Positions 51,387-63,620 of a DNA stretch of 64,000 nucleotides are shown in pieces. Location: positions 31,372,001 to 31,436,000 of the forward strand of contig JANJGN010000026.1 in NCBI GenBank assembly GCA_026770705.1, written 5' to 3'. A program made the translations under genes and the position numbers. The notes beneath the pieces are model-generated. The model saw nothing but the letters and a program-made list of their open reading frames with translations. It had not been told where the DNA came from and ran no database searches. The first letter of the stretch is position 1, and every line of letters starts with the position of its first letter. The stretch comes from Isurus oxyrinchus. Lineage: Eukaryota.

Positions 51387-51402
51387 AATAAAAAATAATA
51401 AA
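51387..51402 (+). terminator. Secretory-form polyadenylation signals
   Basis: AATAAA at 51387-51392 and 51397-51402, followed by GT/T-rich sequence. Confidence 0.85.
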
Positions 51403-51789
51403 GTCCTTTTCTCCAATCGTGATTTAAATACACAGTCGTTTAAGTAATGTTGTTTTCCAATTTTGCTAATTTTAGACGTGTTTTGTTAAAATCGGATACT
51501 CACAGGGCTCAGACCCAAGTCTTGTACATCCAGTGCTCCCAGCTCAGATACACCCTGGGTTAGAGACAGAGTAAAGCTCATTCATTACAGGATTCTGCAA
51601 AATAGCTTCACCAGCTCTCCTCCTGCTGAGGAGAAATCTGACAATTTCTCATTTCCAATAAACAAACACAGCACATTTAGATCTCGGTGTACCTGCTTCT
51701 CTTGTCTTCCATCCCTTTAAAATGGATGTCAGCTTTAAGCTTCTGCACCACACCCACGGGGAACTGAAGTGAGGGTCACGCAGAAATAT

Positions 51790-52320
51790 GTCCCAACAAT
51801 CCCCCATCAGAGAGAGGGGGAAGGGAAATTGTTACCCCATTGCACCTCCACCTCCCCAACAGAGAGAGGGGGAGCGGAAATTGCTAACCCACTGTACCCC
51901 GACTTCTCCAACAGAGAAAGGGGAGGGGAAATTGTTAACCCAATGTACCCCCACTTCCCCAGAGAGAGTGGAAGGGGACATTGTTAAACCACTGCACCTT
52001 CACTTCCACAACAGCAGGTGGTGGTGGGGGGGAATTGTTTAACCACTGTACCCCCACTTTCCCAACAGAGAGAGGGGAAGGCAAACTGGTAAACCACTGT
52101 ACCTCCACTTACCTGAGATAGAAAACTGAAAGGAAAATTTTAAGCCAATTTTATCTCCACTTGCTAAACAAAAAGACAAGGAAGGCCATTGGTTAACCCG
52201 GTGTGTTTCCACCTTCTCAGCAGAGAGAACCGAAAGGGAAATTGCTTAGACAACCAGACAGAGCAAAACTATTAACTCACTGGACCCTCAGTCCCCTAGT
52301 AGAGAATCTGGAAGGGAATG
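51790..52320 (+). repeat. ~51-bp minisatellite (~9-10 copies)
   Basis: GAGAGAGGGGAAGGGAAATTGTTAACCCACTGTACCCCCACTTCCCCAACA-like units. Confidence 0.8.
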
Positions 52321-52724
52321 GGTCTCTACTATAAGGACTCAGTTAACAACAGTCGAAGTCAGCTTCTAGCTTACTGGCCACAGATTTTAAACTCCCATCA
52401 TGCTTGGGATGTTGTAAAAACGTCTACTTATGCAACATAACTTGAAGATGTTTTAACACTCTTGCCCTGTTAAGCTTATGCTAAGATTGATTTCCCATCA
52501 TCCAAATCTAAACTGGTGACTGAATCCTCCCTGGGTTGTTCAAGGTTCTGTCCCTGAATTTTTATGAGGCACATGGTTGATTCTTTGCATTCGTTCATCT
52601 GATATCACCTTGCATCTCACAGAAAACATGTTTATACACAGAACTTTGAAAATATTCACCGGATTTTTCACCGTCAAGGTCAGACTCGATCATTGGTATC
52701 TGGTGAACTTTGGAAAAATAGTAA

Positions 52725-53830
52725 AAATACACACAGCTGACACAAATTGACAAACAAAAAACACGTCTACACACACACATAGGCACAGACACACTGACAC
52801 AAACGCACACAGGTACAAGCAGACACATGTACACCAACACATGCGGAACCACACAAAGACAGACAGACACACATAGACAAATATACACACACGTGCACAC
52901 ACACGCAGACACACACGCACACAATCACAAACACATGGACACAGATGCACAAACATACACAGACACACACGTACACACATAAACAAATACACACGCACAA
53001 TCACACACATTCATAAACACACACACAATCACACACATACAGAAATACACACACTGACACACTCGCTGACACACATATACACAATCACAAACACACACAA
53101 ACAGATAAAACCAGACAAGCAGACTCATACAAGGATACAAAGCACAAATGTAACTTTTAGCATATGCATTATCACACGTTCACAATGAAAGAAATACAGA
53201 CAGAAAGACACACACGATCGTACACATTAAAACAATGCATGGACATACATTAACACATGCACACACATGAGCAGACAACACCCAGATACAAAAACACAGA
53301 GAAACCGACTAACACATTCACAGACACCCATGTGGACACAAACATGAACATACTCATACACACTAGAACACAAAAAACACATGTTGGTACATATGAAAAC
53401 ATAAACACGCATTGATACATAGTTCTAAATATCGATCAACACACAAATGCACACATTAAAAACCCTATTTCTCTCTCGCTGTGTCATACACACAGACGCT
53501 GTGACACAGACATTAATATGCTGACACACAGTGGAATACAAAAAGACACATTAACACTCATATTAGCAGGCAGGAACTCGTAAACACACATTAACTCAGA
53601 TAGTAATAAGTCAACATAGACAACAATACACAAACACGCACAATAACACACTCATACATACACATCAGCAGAAAAACCAAATATACATACAGACGCAGAC
53701 ACAAAAATACACAAATCAGCACTCATTAGCACATGAACACACATATTAACACACATGCACACCTATGGACACACAAACAACCAGTAATGCAAAGTGCGAG
53801 ATACTCATGCAGATACACACAAAAGCTAAA
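52725..53830 (+). repeat. CA-rich low-complexity tract
   Basis: Imperfect (CA)n over ~1.1 kb. Confidence 0.85.
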
Positions 53831-54378
53831 GCACAACACAGAGGCCAGGCTATTGAAGAAAGTATAATTCAAATGTACTTTTCTAACGGGCATATCCTCC
53901 AGCAATTGTCTCTATTACATAATAACCCGATAAACACACTGAAACAATGCTCTTACTGAGAAACTGATTTAAATTAATGATGCACCAAATATTCCCATCA
54001 CAAATAGACAAACAAGATGGGAACTCATATCCGAGATTTTAAAAAGCAACGTCCACAGTTTCCAAATAAGTAGCTCAGTGAATCTCTCCCGATACCCATC
54101 ATAATATTCTCCAATAATAGATCATACGAAATTGTTCGAAAATAACCTGATACTGGAGAAAATTTGCCATATTTTCTGACATGGACTGTACAAAGATTGT
54201 AAAGGGAGAACAGCTGTGGAGATAGTTACAGAGATGGGTTACTGAGCGTCACTTAATAGTAGATATACATTGAACATTCAATACATTAATAACTTATGAA
54301 AGAGTAAAGGAAATATTTTTAAAATGATATCCTAGATTAATAAACAATCTAATTATATTTCCTCATATATCCCCGTAG

Positions 54379-54506
54379 ATTCCACAGACCGCATCTGGAT
54401 TGAAGACTCTGAGGATGATAACGGCAACATCTGGACAACCGCTTCCACATTCATCATCCTGTTCTTCCTGAGCATTTTCTACAGCACTGCCGTCACTCTG
54501 GTGAAG
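54379..54506 (+). CDS. IGHM: IgM transmembrane exon TM1
   Basis: CCCCGTAG| (D)[42 protein letters not shown] |GTGAGA; acidic spacer and CART motif (WTTASTF..LF.LS.FYS). Confidence 0.96.
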
Positions 54507-54644
54507 GTGAGAAGATTCAATCCACTCACACTTCAAACTGACAGAAGTGGTTTGAAATATCTCTCAATGTTTCATTGATTAGAACTCTAACATAATAATC
54601 CCAGATTATAAACATCTGCTTCATTATTTCATCCTCTTTTACAG

Positions 54645-54653
54645 ATCAAGTGA
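54645..54653 (+). CDS. IGHM: IgM TM2 exon (IK*)
   Basis: CTCTTTTACAG|ATC AAG TGA; phase 0; AATAAA at 54747, 55064 and 55100 downstream. Confidence 0.9.
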   Translation: MK

Positions 54654-55237
54654 CCGGTTGAATTTTGGACACCGTAGATTTTCCTCAGCTCTTTATTGAG
54701 ATTTCTGTATTCTGAATTTAAAATATATCCTCTCGGTGACTGTAAAAATAAAATACCTTCAGTTTATGTTTCCCAATTTGTAACTGAGACAATCATGAAC
54801 AGTATTTCCGTTTCTCTGTTTCAAATGTGCGAGATAATTGTGAATCATTGTAACAGCAGCTTATAATTTCCCACTAGTTTGAATTCCCTGTGTAAATAAG
54901 TAACTTTTCTCATTCCTCATTCCCAATTAATCCCTTCCCTTTATATTGAGCTCCTGTTTTCTCTTTCTGGTGTCTGTTACAGTTGTACACACAGTTGGCA
55001 GCTCAGAGTGAATGTGCTCTGTTCTCAATGTGACCCTCAGTCATTATATTCAGTTAACTTTAAAATAAACTTTTCTGTAAAATGTTCCCTGAAATTGTTA
55101 ATAAATCATGAATGTGAAACGAACTGACTTTGCTGAACTCCTTTCTCTCAGACCCATCGACACCGCTCCATTTTCCCTATTACACTGCTTTCCCCCCTTC
55201 TCCCAAGCAGGCATTTTTAACCAGACTTGTCTGGGAT

Positions 55238-55340
55238 CTGAAACAAAAACAGAAAATGTTGGAAAAACTCAGCAGGTCTCCGCATCTGTGGAGACAGAAA
55301 ACGGAGTTAACGTTTCGAGTCCTCATGACTTCTTCAGAGC
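55238..55340 (-). mobile_element. Penelope-type 3' end with hammerhead-like core
   Basis: Minus strand CTGAAGAAGTCATGAGGACTCGAAACGTTAAC. Confidence 0.65.
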
Positions 55341-56289
55341 TCAAGATCCTTCAGTGAAAGAGTCACCGCGCCACCCAGCGACCCATCGGTGTTAATACAC
55401 CTTTACCTTTGCCTTTTTTTGGCAAATTCCAGAGGCAAAATGATTGCACAGCGAGGAGAATCTCGGTGATTTCACTCATACTCAGGCCTCTCACAGTCAC
55501 ATGTCAGGTAATTGTAAACAGCAGAGATCAGCTTAATCAGAGGTCCATATAGGACAGTATATGGAGGATGAAAGTTTCCTTTACACTGTCCCATTAAACA
55601 CTCCCAGCGTCAGTGCAGCAGGGTTTAGATAGAGAGAAAAAGTTTTTTTTCCCCTCTTTATCCTTTCATGAGATATGGGTGACGCTGGCAAGGCTGCTCT
55701 GAACAGTCCGCCTTCCGAGGCCATTTCAGAGGGCAGTTAACTGTCAACCGCATAGCTGTGAACCTTGAATCACATGTCGGCCAGGCCAGATGAAGATGAC
55801 AGATTTCCTCCCCGAAAGGACTTGAGTGCAGCAGATGGGTTTTTACGACAATCGGTGATAGTTGTCATGGTCACCATCACTGAGGCCAGTTTTCAATTCC
55901 AGATTTTATTAATTGAACTCACATTCCAGCAGCTGCCATGTTGGGATTTGAAGCCCAGCCCCCAGAGCATTCGCCTGGACTCTCTCTACCTTGTCCGATT
56001 AAACACTCACAAGGCAGAGTCGTCACAGGCCACTTTCTCAAGTCTATTAGGGATGGGCAAAAAATGCTGGCCCAGACAGACACGCCCACATCGCATAAAC
56101 GAATAACAAAAAATACGTATATACCACACACAGTACAGTTGATACAAACCATTGGATGATTCCTAGAGACTAGGGCCGATCGAAGAGCAATTCTGCAAAT
56201 TATTACCACAGTTTGGGGCTTATCAGGACACCAGGGAGCACAAATCTTGGAAATTCCCAGGCACTGCGGCCTGCCTGATGCAACAAACA

Positions 56290-56660
56290 ACTGAACTCAC
56301 TAAGCATCTCCCCAGGGATCCTCTCTTCCTGTTCCATTCCGTCTGATACCATCCTCCTGAATTCACTGAGCATCACCCCAGGTGTCCTCTCTCCCTGCTC
56401 CATTCCCTCTGACACCATACTCCTGAACATCATCCCAGGGGTCCTCTAACCCTGCTCCATTCCCTCTGACACCATCCTCCTGAACATCACTCCAGAGATC
56501 CTCTCTTCCTCCTCCATTACCATCCTCCTGAACTCACTGAGCATCACCCCAGAGATTCTCTCTCCCGGCTCCATTCCCTCTGATACCATCCTCCTGAACT
56601 CATTGAACATCACCCCAGGGATCCTCCCTTCCTGCTCCATTCCCTCTGATACCAGCTCAA
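56290..56660 (+). repeat. ~66-bp minisatellite with deletion variants
   Basis: CCATCCTCCTGAACTCACTGAGCATCACCCCAGGGATCCTCTCTCCCTGCTCCATTCCCTCTGATA units. Confidence 0.85.
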
Positions 56661-57284
56661 ATGGGAAGCTTCAACTCTCACTCCACTGATTCTGGCAGAG
56701 GCTGTTAAGCGTTTTCAGTTTTAAACCAATAATAAGAACTCTCTGTTTAAGCAGTGTGACATGAGCAAAGAACCCTCATTCCCAAACCAGAAATTTAATC
56801 TGGGCTGCGGCGTTGAAAGGGCCAAATTCTAACCACATGGCCACCAGGGATGTTATCCTTTTGTTTTGATAAATGATACTTTTGCCATTTTTTTCATTTC
56901 AAGCTGCTTTATCCAGAGACAAAATGACCTATTTAGCCAACTCAACAACCATTGCCATTGGCTGGAACATGAAATTGACAGTGTGGTGAAATAGTACCAA
57001 AAGCTGTGAATTGCAAATTCAATTTCCAAAACCCACCAATCTAATCACTGCAGCTCCTGTGCAACTTGCAAGGCAACACACGACAGACATTCATCATCGA
57101 AAGTAATTGACCGACATAAAATTCTTCCACTCTCATGTTACATCTTCTAACTCCTAACCTCCACCTCAGTCATTTCCAGTTCTATTTAATACCCATTTGG
57201 AACTTTAACTCTGCTCCTCATTCCACAGATTTTGGCCGACTTGCTATGCATTTTATATTATAATAAAGCCATGAATTTGTGCTC

Positions 57285-58170
57285 TAATAAAAACAGGGGT
57301 GCTGAAGTTCCCAGCAGGTCTGGCAGCATCTGTGGAGACAGAAACAGGTTGAATGTTTTCAGGCCATATGGCACTTCTTCAGACCTGAAAGGAGATAGAA
57401 ATGTGATGGGATTTATGCTGCTGACGGGGCGGAGGGTTGGGGGGGGCGGTTAAGAAAATGGAGCAAAAACGTTCAGGGATAGGTTGGAGGTCAGGAGAGA
57501 TTAAATGACAAAGGTATCATGGAACACAAGTCAAAGGCAAAGGAAATTATATTATTAATTATGAAAGTAGGTATTAATATCTAGACAAAGGTCAGCACTG
57601 ACTGGAAGCAAAATAGCAGAATGTGTTAATTGCAGAAAAAGGGTCGGCGCTGTCTGAAAGCAAACATGAGAACAAGATGCAGGCTGGCACTTGGGGGGTG
57701 GGAGGCTGCAGGGAAATTAAAATGGAGGATGGAGTTGATGGTGTGAATCTGTTGACCTCAATGTTGAGTCCAGAAGGCTGTAGAGTGCCTATTGAGAAGA
57801 TGAGGTGCTGTTCCTCCAGTTCGCATTGAGCTTCACTGGAACATTGTAGAAGGCCGAGGACAGAAATGTGAGTGTGAGCGAGATGGTGACAGGCAGGTCT
57901 GGGTTATGCTTGTGGACTGAGTGAAAGTGTTCCACAAAGCGGACAGTCAGTCTGTGTTTACTCTCCCCATTGTAGAGGAGACCACATTGAGGGCAATGAA
58001 TGCAACAGCCTGAATTGCATGAAGTGCAAATAAATCTCTGCTTCATCTGGAAGGAGCGTTTGAAACCTTGGAGGGAGGTGGGAGGAGGTAAAGGGGCAGG
58101 TGTTACACCTCCTGCAATTGCATGGGAAGGTGCCATGGGAAGGGGATGAGATGTTGGGGGTGATAGTGTT
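57285..58170 (-). mobile_element. Penelope-like element fragment (GIY-YIG endonuclease)
   Basis: GTFPCNCRRCNTCPF; CIHCPQCGLLYNGESKHRLTVRFVEH. Confidence 0.88.
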
Positions 58171-58214
58171 TTTTGAATCAGAAATTGGTTTCTGGTTGTG
58201 ATATTTTGCACTAC

Positions 58215-58279
58215 AGCGAGACCAGGAATCAAACCTGGGCGATGAGAACACCAGATCATAACCACTAGGTCACCAGGGT
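58215..58279 (-). pseudogene. tRNA-Glu(CTC)-like pseudogene
   Basis: Minus strand ACCCTGGTGACCTAGTGGTTATGATCTGGTGTTCTCATCGC..CCAGGTTTGATTCCTGGTC aligns to vertebrate tRNA-Glu-CTC with a deletion and a broken acceptor stem. Confidence 0.6.
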
Positions 58280-58844
58280 GCTTGTGAATCATCCTGTTTA
58301 GAGAATTCAGCTGTCAACCAGAGCATTGGTGGTTTGACACCATCTAGGGCCAGTAGAATCTCTCTATTCCTGCTTCTAATTATATTACAGACACAGTTCT
58401 GCTTTGAGTCCTTTGGTTACAAGGAAATGTTGCCCTAACTTTGCCAGCCCTGCTGTTATCCAGTAGGTTCCCAGGCAAATAGTTATATGAATTTTTATTT
58501 CAAAGAAATGAGATAAATTAGAGCAAACATGTGCATAACATCCAACTCGTTGGGTTCAAAGCATCAAATAGAAATTGATATAGAAACAAAAATAGCTGGA
58601 AAAGCTCAGCAGGTCTGACAGCATCTGCAAAGAGGAACACAATTGATGTTTCGAGTCTGTATGACTCTTTGAATAGACTCTCAAATAGAAATTGATTCTG
58701 TGATTGCACAAATAGAACTGGAACACACCATCGCACCGAGTGAATCCGTTGTCTGTTTACATGTTGCTCAGTGAAAATTTCAATCATCCTTGACTTTGTG
58801 GCATTCGGGTACTGAATCGGTAAGCAGTCTATACTCAAAGGGCA

Positions 58845-59447
58845 TGTGAACATACGAATTAGGAGCAGGACTGGGCCACTCGGCCCTTCAAGCCTGTTCC
58901 ACCATTTTATAAGATCATGGCTAACCTTTCAGCCCCTTGTTATATCTACCTATCTCTGCCTTAAAAAGATTCAAAGACTCTGCTTCCACTGCCTTTTGAA
59001 GGAGAGAGCTACAAATACTCACGATGCTCTGAGAGAAAAAGAATTCTCTCATCTCTGTCTTAAATGAGCGAACTCCTATTTTTAAACAGTGACACCTAGT
59101 TCCAGATTCTCCCACAAGAGGAAAGATCCTCTTCACACCCACCCTGTCAAAACTCCTCAGGATCTGAAAGATTCCGATCAAGTCGCCTCTTAGTTTTCTA
59201 AATTCCAGCGGATACAGGCCTAGCCTGTCCACCCTTTCCTCATAAGACAGCCCGCCTATCTGTGATATTAGTCCAGTAAGCCTTCCCTGAACGACTTCTA
59301 ACGCATTTATATCTTTCCTTAAATAAGGAGGCCAACACTTTCCACAGCACTCCAGATATGGTCACACCGGTGTCCTGTACAACTGAACCATAACCTTCTT
59401 ACTTCAATTCCCCTCATAGTGAATGATTACGTTCAATCCTAATTACT
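58845..59447 (-). mobile_element. CR1 LINE 3' fragment
   Basis: DRLGLYPLEFRKLRGDLI..FKTEMREFFFSQ. Confidence 0.88.
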
Positions 59448-59459
59448 GAATCCTAATTA

Positions 59460-60339
59460 GTGAAGCAACATTTCACTTGCATTTCCCCCAACTTAGTCTA
59501 CTGCATTCGTTGCTCCCAATGTGGTCTCCTCTACATTGGAGAGACCAAACGTAAACTGGGCGACCGCTTTGCAGAACACCTGCGGTCTGTCCGCAAGAAT
59601 GACCCAAACCTCCCTGTCGCTTGCCATTTTAACACTCCACCCTGCTCTCTTGCCCACATGTCTGTCCTTGGCTTGCTGCATTGTTCCAGTGAAGCCCCAA
59701 GCAAACTGGAGGAACAACACCTCATCTTCCGACTAGGCACCTTACAGCCTTCCGGACTGAATATTGAATTCAACAACTTTAGGTCGTGAGTCCCCTCCCC
59801 CATCCCCACCCCCTTTCTGTTTCCCCCTTTTTTTCCCAATAAATTATATAGATTTTTCTTTTCCCACCTATTTCCATTATTTTTAAATATTTTAAAATCT
59901 TTTATGCTCCCTCCACCCCCACTAGAGCTGTACCTTGAGTGCCCTACCATCCATCCTTAATTAGCACATTCGTTTAGATAATATCACCAACTTTAACTTT
60001 AACACCTATGTGTTCTATTGTACCATTGTCGCTGACATCTTTTGATGATCTGCTTCTTTCACTGCTTGTTTGTCCCTACAACCACACCGCCCCCCCCCCC
60101 CCCCACCTCTCTCTCTCTCTATCTCTCCGCCCCCACACACACACCTTAAAGCAGCTTATATTTCAACTCTTTCTTGGACTCGAAATCAAGTTCTGTCGAA
60201 GGGTCATGAGGACTCGAAACGTCAACTCTTTTCTTCTCCGCCGTTGCTGCCAGACCTGCTGAGTTTTTCCAGGTAATTCTGTTTTTGTTTTGGATTTCCA
60301 GCATCCGCAGTTTTTTTGTTTTTATATTTTTTTTGTTTT
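59460..60339 (+). mobile_element. Penelope-like element, 5'-truncated, with intact GIY-YIG endonuclease C-terminus
   Basis: FTCISPNLVYCIRCSQCGLLYIGETKRKLGDRFAEH..LEEQHLIFRLGTLQPSGLNIEF; hammerhead-like CTGTCGA..GGGTC ATGAG GACTC GAAACGT at ~60193; flanking AATCCTAATTA repeats. Confidence 0.92.
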
Positions 60340-61261
60340 AATCCTAATTACTTGTTGTGCCTAAATAGTTCCGCTTTTTTATCAATTTCTTTCAGACCTC
60401 CTGAATAGCTTTGCACATCTGGAAACTATTCTCTCATGTTTCAGCCCTGTTACCCTGACGTGTCTAAATCTCTTCACAGCCGATTTACTCCACTGTATCC
60501 TCCTCACAGCTTACATTTCCACCATTTACATCAGCTAAGTTTTGTCTACATGCGCCAGCGAGGGTCGAACTCAGCACCTGGTTTGGTAAGTCCACTGTTT
60601 TAACCACTGGGTTGCCCCAAGGAGGTAAATGTCCTCTTGCAACTTTTAAAACTACTATTATTCTCTGTACCACTTACCATGAAGATACATAACTAAAGTG
60701 AGTAAAGTTTACGATGGTAAAAATGTGTTTACCCCCCTCAGGGAACTAAATCATATTGACATGTGCAGAGGAACATACACAGACATGGACACCGATAGTG
60801 ACAGCTGCCTAAGGAAAGAAAGATATCCAGAAAGCAAGGATGTCACCAGACTGGCTCCGTTTTTGTTCCATTTCCAACTGCAAATTTGGTGAATGCCTTC
60901 GGATGAACGGAAATGAAAAATACTGGGAAGCGTTTGAAATTTTTTTTAATAGATAATTAATTCTGTGACTCATTCTTAAAGCAGGAACAATGAGAAATGT
61001 AAACTACTAAATGTAGTTTGCAGGTTCAATATGCAGGATTTGAAACTGTATCAGGAAACATAAAATGGTTTCAAGCCCATTACATAAGCAACTCAGCTCC
61101 GTCCATTGCTGCCATCTACCTTTTAATGCGACAAAGTGGTTACAGCTGAGAATGAAGACATGTAGCCCCATCTATTCCTGGCTGCCCTGCAATTTCTGCT
61201 GTCTCTCCTCGATCTTTCCTCCAGAATGGAGCACTGCACACCGAACGTGCACAGGAACACA

Positions 61262-61640
61262 CATGTGATTGAGGTGCATAAAATTATATGGGGCATAGGT
61301 AGGGTAGACAGGAAGGACCTTTTCCCCTTAGTGGAGGGATCAATAACCAGGGGGCGTAGATTTAAGATAAGGGGTGGAAGGTTTAGAGGTGATGCGAGGA
61401 AGAATGTTTTCACCCAGAGGGTCGTAGGAATCTGGAACTCACTATCTGAAAGGGTGGTAGAGGCAGAAACTCTCATAACGATAAAGAAGTATTTGGATGT
61501 ACACTTGTGATGCCATGGTATACAAGGCAATGGGCCTAGTGCTGGCAAATGGGTTTAGAATAGTTAGGCACTTGTTTGACGGGCGCAGACTCGATGGGCC
61601 GAAGGGCCTTTTTCTGTGCTATGGGCCCCAATGACTCTAT
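61262..61640 (+). mobile_element. CR1 3' fragment
   Basis: IEVHKIIWGIGRVDRKDLFPLVEGSITRG..FTQRVVGIWNSL. Confidence 0.85.
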
Positions 61641-61690
61641 AACTGAAGGGTTTGGCAAAATTGATTGAAAATATGAACCGTCTGAAGCTC

Positions 61691-61772
61691 TGACAATGGA
61701 GGGATTTGAACCCACGCTTCCACAAAAACTGGAACCTAACTCCAGCGTCTTGGACCACTCGGCAACGCAACC
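61691..61772 (-). pseudogene. tRNA-Leu(TAG), probable pseudogene
   Basis: 82-nt GGTTGCGTTGCCGAGTGGTCCAAGACGCTGGAGTTAGGTTCCAG..GCGTGGGTTCAAATCCCTCCATTGTCA; anticodon stem CTGGA/TCCAG intact; acceptor stem has two mismatches and several G-T pairs. Confidence 0.8.
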
Positions 61773-63546
61773 ACTATAGTGGCAAAAATTGTCCTTGCCA
61801 TGACTGAAATTTTCAATCACTCTCCATGTTATAACATTCAGTAACTGAACAGTCTCCACTGAAAAAACATACAGAAAGAAACATTCTCCTCTTGCATCTT
61901 TCCAACCTGCTTTTTCTTTCTGAGCCTTTTTAATGTGAAGCTACACAACTAATGTGAGTGAAGTTTGCGATGGTAAAAATGGGTCCATCCCCTCGTGGAA
62001 CCGAACCACTTTGATACATTCCTGATCCGAACCACTCGCCGTGCAACATAGAAGCCCCTTTAAAACTGTAACTATTATTTTCAGTTTCCTCTCCTCTCCG
62101 ACCAAAATGAATCACTTCACACTTCCAGACATCAAATTTCAGCTGCCACTTGTCCATCCAAATGGATTTGTTGAAGGGGCCGAAAGGAGAACCGACTCAA
62201 ACTGGGAATGAAAGAGTGAGAATGAAAGAAGAGACGTGACGGGTGTTGTCGATCCCAGGGGAAAGAGACTCTGTTCATTGTGACAGTTCACACAGCAACA
62301 AGGAAACAACATTCCCTGATGAGGGCCAACTGCGAGCGGCAGGAGCGGGAGTGCCGAATAACAGCCTATTTAGTTAAAACATAGAAGACTTCTTCAGCCA
62401 ATAACAGCATCGAGTGTGTTCGACATGAACATGAAGTGAAAAGTGAGGGGAAATAGTGCCACAAGCTGCGGATGTACAACGTTCAATTTCCAAATCCACC
62501 AACAGAATCAATGCGGCTCCTCTGAAACTTTCAAGGCAAATATTGATCCTTTATCAGATGCCGTTCCCAGAACTATACACAGTCCTCCACGTGTGACCTA
62601 ACCAGGGCTTTGTATAGCTGCAGCAAACCTTTCCCTCTTTTCTATAACAGTCTCTGTAACAGTTCGTACAGCAAGACAAATTAGATTGTATAAGGCAACT
62701 GAGAAAAATGAGGACATGCTTGATCTGAATCAATCTCTTTGGAAAGTTTGGTATGAAATCAGCTGCATAAATATATTTATGGTTCAAAAAATATATCGGA
62801 ATCTAAAGTCCAACTCCTGATGTCATTGGGTCAGGGAAACTTTGTTAATGATCACACAGTGTGCTGGGCACTGCAGAAACTCCTGCACCTCTTTAATATT
62901 GTTCCATAACTTTCATAAGCTCCATGAAATCTCTGTTTAACCGCCTTTGTTCTAAAGAGAACAATCACGGCCTCAATAATCTCTCCGCAAAGCTGAATTT
63001 CGTCATCTATAGACATGATACAAGGTGGAAAATTGCAATGAGATTTTAGAAAATATTGCCAGCTGGCAGTTGGGAAGATGGAAAAGGAACCAAAGCAGAA
63101 AGCCCAGTCTCCAGCTTTGCGAATCTTTCCAAATTCTTTGGGAACCAGGATCAGAGGAGAACGAAGGGTGAACTGTCTGACTGACCGTTCAAGGTACCAT
63201 TCCCTTCTTTAAGGTACTGGAACATTGACTCTGATGTTATCATTGAAATTAACTGATCTGAGACATGGAAAGGATTCTCCTCACTGCACATCAGCAATTC
63301 AAGCCGAATATTGGTTTCGGGACAATCAGAACACTTGGTGACAGACAAGGCACCAAAAGGATCGAAGGGAGACTGTAGGAGAGCTGGTTCCAGGTGACAC
63401 GGATGTGTCTGCAGTGGGTGGGATCAGACTGTTTCCGTGTATCTAAATCAATGTCTTACATTTTATTTTGGAAAAGTAAAACTCGTAGAGAACAATGATC
63501 ATTCTGATAGTGGCAATCTGAAGCTTTAAGTACATATCTTGCGACT

Positions 63547-63620
63547 TTTTCTGTGGTGCAATTGGTCAGCGTGTTCGGCTGTTAACTGGAAGGTTGGTAG
63601 TTCGAGACCACCCGGAGACG
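63547..63620 (+). tRNA. tRNA-Asn(GTT), degenerate / probable pseudogene
   Basis: 74-nt TTTTCTGTGGTGCAATTGGTCAGCGTGTTCGGCTGTTAACTGGAAGGTTGGTAGTTCGAGACCACCCGGAGACG, colinear with vertebrate tRNA-Asn; G1 lost, T-stem mismatch, no T4 terminator directly downstream. Confidence 0.8.

Noticed and set aside
52595-53412. Cys/Val-rich minus-strand ORFs (also His/Thr-rich ORFs at 42307-42853)
   Set aside because: Translations of (CA)n/(TG)n low-complexity tracts.
62826-62881. J-like TGGGTCAGGGAAACTTTG.. and CACAGTG-11-GCAGAAACT
   Set aside because: Needs two indels to read WGQGT; the RSS is on the wrong side for a J; no V exon upstream and no splice donor. At most a cryptic RSS.
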